Translations under genes and position numbers: made by a program
Notes under the pieces: model-generated
Database searches by the model: none
Told to the model about the DNA's origin: nothing
Seen by the model: only the letters and a program-made list of their open reading frames with translations
Part shown: one piece after another, positions 63,001 to 64,000 of the stretch
Layout: every line of letters begins with the position of its first letter
Position numbering within the stretch: position 1 is the stretch's first letter
From: a virus
Lineage: Duplodnaviria > Heunggongvirae > Uroviricota > Caudoviricetes > Crassvirales
DNA length: 64,000 bases
IMG/VR virus record: IMGVR_UViG_3300035498_000265
Location: 1 to 64,000 of that record
Strand: one strand, 5' to 3'

Positions 63001-64000
63001 TGATTATGTATGGCTTTGGTGAAACTCTTAATAACTTACCTATTATATATGCTATGTTGCACCATGTTAAGGTAACTATAGATGGTAAGAAAGGCACACT
63101 ATATGATGCTCTTGAAGTAAGGTAGAGAGCAGATGGAACTAGTGAATTAGCACTTAAGCCAAAAGTAATTAATATCAAAACTGGAAAGCATGTCACAGAT
63201 GCCGACTTAGATGAGTTAGCTAAGAAGATGAATGAAGTCTCTGAGACTAACCACGGTGGTATGTCTGATGAAGCTAAAGGTGAAATAGCTTCAACTCTAC
63301 TAGGTATGATGACTCTACAACTTAGGAGATGGATGATTGGTGTCTATTCTAAGTACTTTAGAGGTGAATACTTTGATGCATCTACTGGTAAAAAAAGAGA
63401 GGGTGCTTGGAAGGGTGCTTATGATTTTCTAAGTATGATAGCAAAAGATATGAAAGGTATGCCTTGGAGCTTAGACTGGGGACATGATATGAGGACTTTC
63501 AGTTAGGAATGTATAAAGAATTGGCATAACTTTAAGCCTCATCAAAGGAAAGCAGCTGTAAGCTTTGCAACTACAACGGTTTTAATGACAGTATTAAGCT
63601 GGCTAGTAGATGGCATTGTTAGAAGTTACTACCCCTCAGATAAGGATGAAATATGGTTCAAAGTAGTATTTTATCTATTAGCAAGACAGAGAATGGATGT
63701 TCAGTCTACTGTACCTGACTTAAAGCATCTAGAGAGAGTTGGATAGATTGGTACAAGTATGATTGAGATTATGGATAAACCGTTTGCATCTTACTCTACT
63801 ATTGAGATGGCTACTTATTGGGTTACAGCTCTCCCAGAACAAGGTGAAGAAGTTAAATCTGGCCCTCATAAAGGAGAGGATAAATACCTGAGGGGATTGA
63901 GTAAGCATTATGTGAAACCACTAGAGCTATATTATAGACTAGAAGGATTGAAAGACACAGATGAGCTCATAGAAAGCTTAGGTGGACTAAAAGGTAAGTT
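60015..64000 (+). CDS. Second giant late protein (at least 1328 codons, continues past window end), about 35 in-frame TAG
   Basis: ATG 60015 lies 1 nt after the TAA of the previous gene; track fragments 60534, 62289, 62715 and 63228 are all in this frame, separated only by TAG. Confidence 0.45.

Noticed and set aside
1-64000. CRISPR arrays, integrase/attachment sites, transposons or other mobile elements
   Set aside because: No direct-repeat/spacer architecture was seen, and no recombinase or transposase-like ORF. The only repeats are short promoter-like motifs and tRNA-related sequences.

Overview
This window reads as a low-GC (about 30-33% by eye) bacteriophage genome segment, apparently a large crAss-like or other tailed virus. 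Its outstanding property is amber (TAG) stop-codon reassignment confined to the late/virion modules. The minus-strand block 1-12783 (tail fibre-like, portal, large terminase and other structural genes) is riddled with in-frame TAG codons and terminates only at TAA or TGA. The same holds on the plus strand for the giant-protein region 52019-64000 and for a small minus-strand HExxH gene (15783-16094). A minus-strand array of about 18 tRNA genes (12804-15699) contains an amber-suppressor tRNA with anticodon CTA (13243-13330), on a type-II (long variable arm) body with a U1-A72 end pair. The central plus-strand block (16597-51856) is early/middle genes (replication, nucleotide metabolism, lysis, modification enzymes). 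There, sense TAG codons are absent and almost all stops are TAA or TGA. Four genes end at TAG, and each has an in-frame backup stop within 4-12 codons. A complete tmRNA (ssrA-like, 21033-21391) carries an ADTYTTAYDMAA tag frame closed by TAA. A second small plus-strand tRNA cluster (19742-20441) includes two aberrant tRNA-like elements, and a tRNA-Leu(TAA) sits at 24569-24653. An enzyme cluster (33786-39513) combines an ATP-grasp protein, class-I and class-II glutamine amidotransferase-like proteins and two HxH amidoligase-like proteins. There are two giant late ORFs: 52019-60013 (2664 codons, with HEIIHE and DFDVD motifs) and 60015 to beyond the window end. The early region carries a 5-copy promoter-like repeat and a duplicated TTGACATATGCAAAT box pair. 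No CRISPR array, integrase or transposon was seen. All coordinates of RNA genes and of manually delimited late genes are hand-derived and may be off by a few nucleotides.
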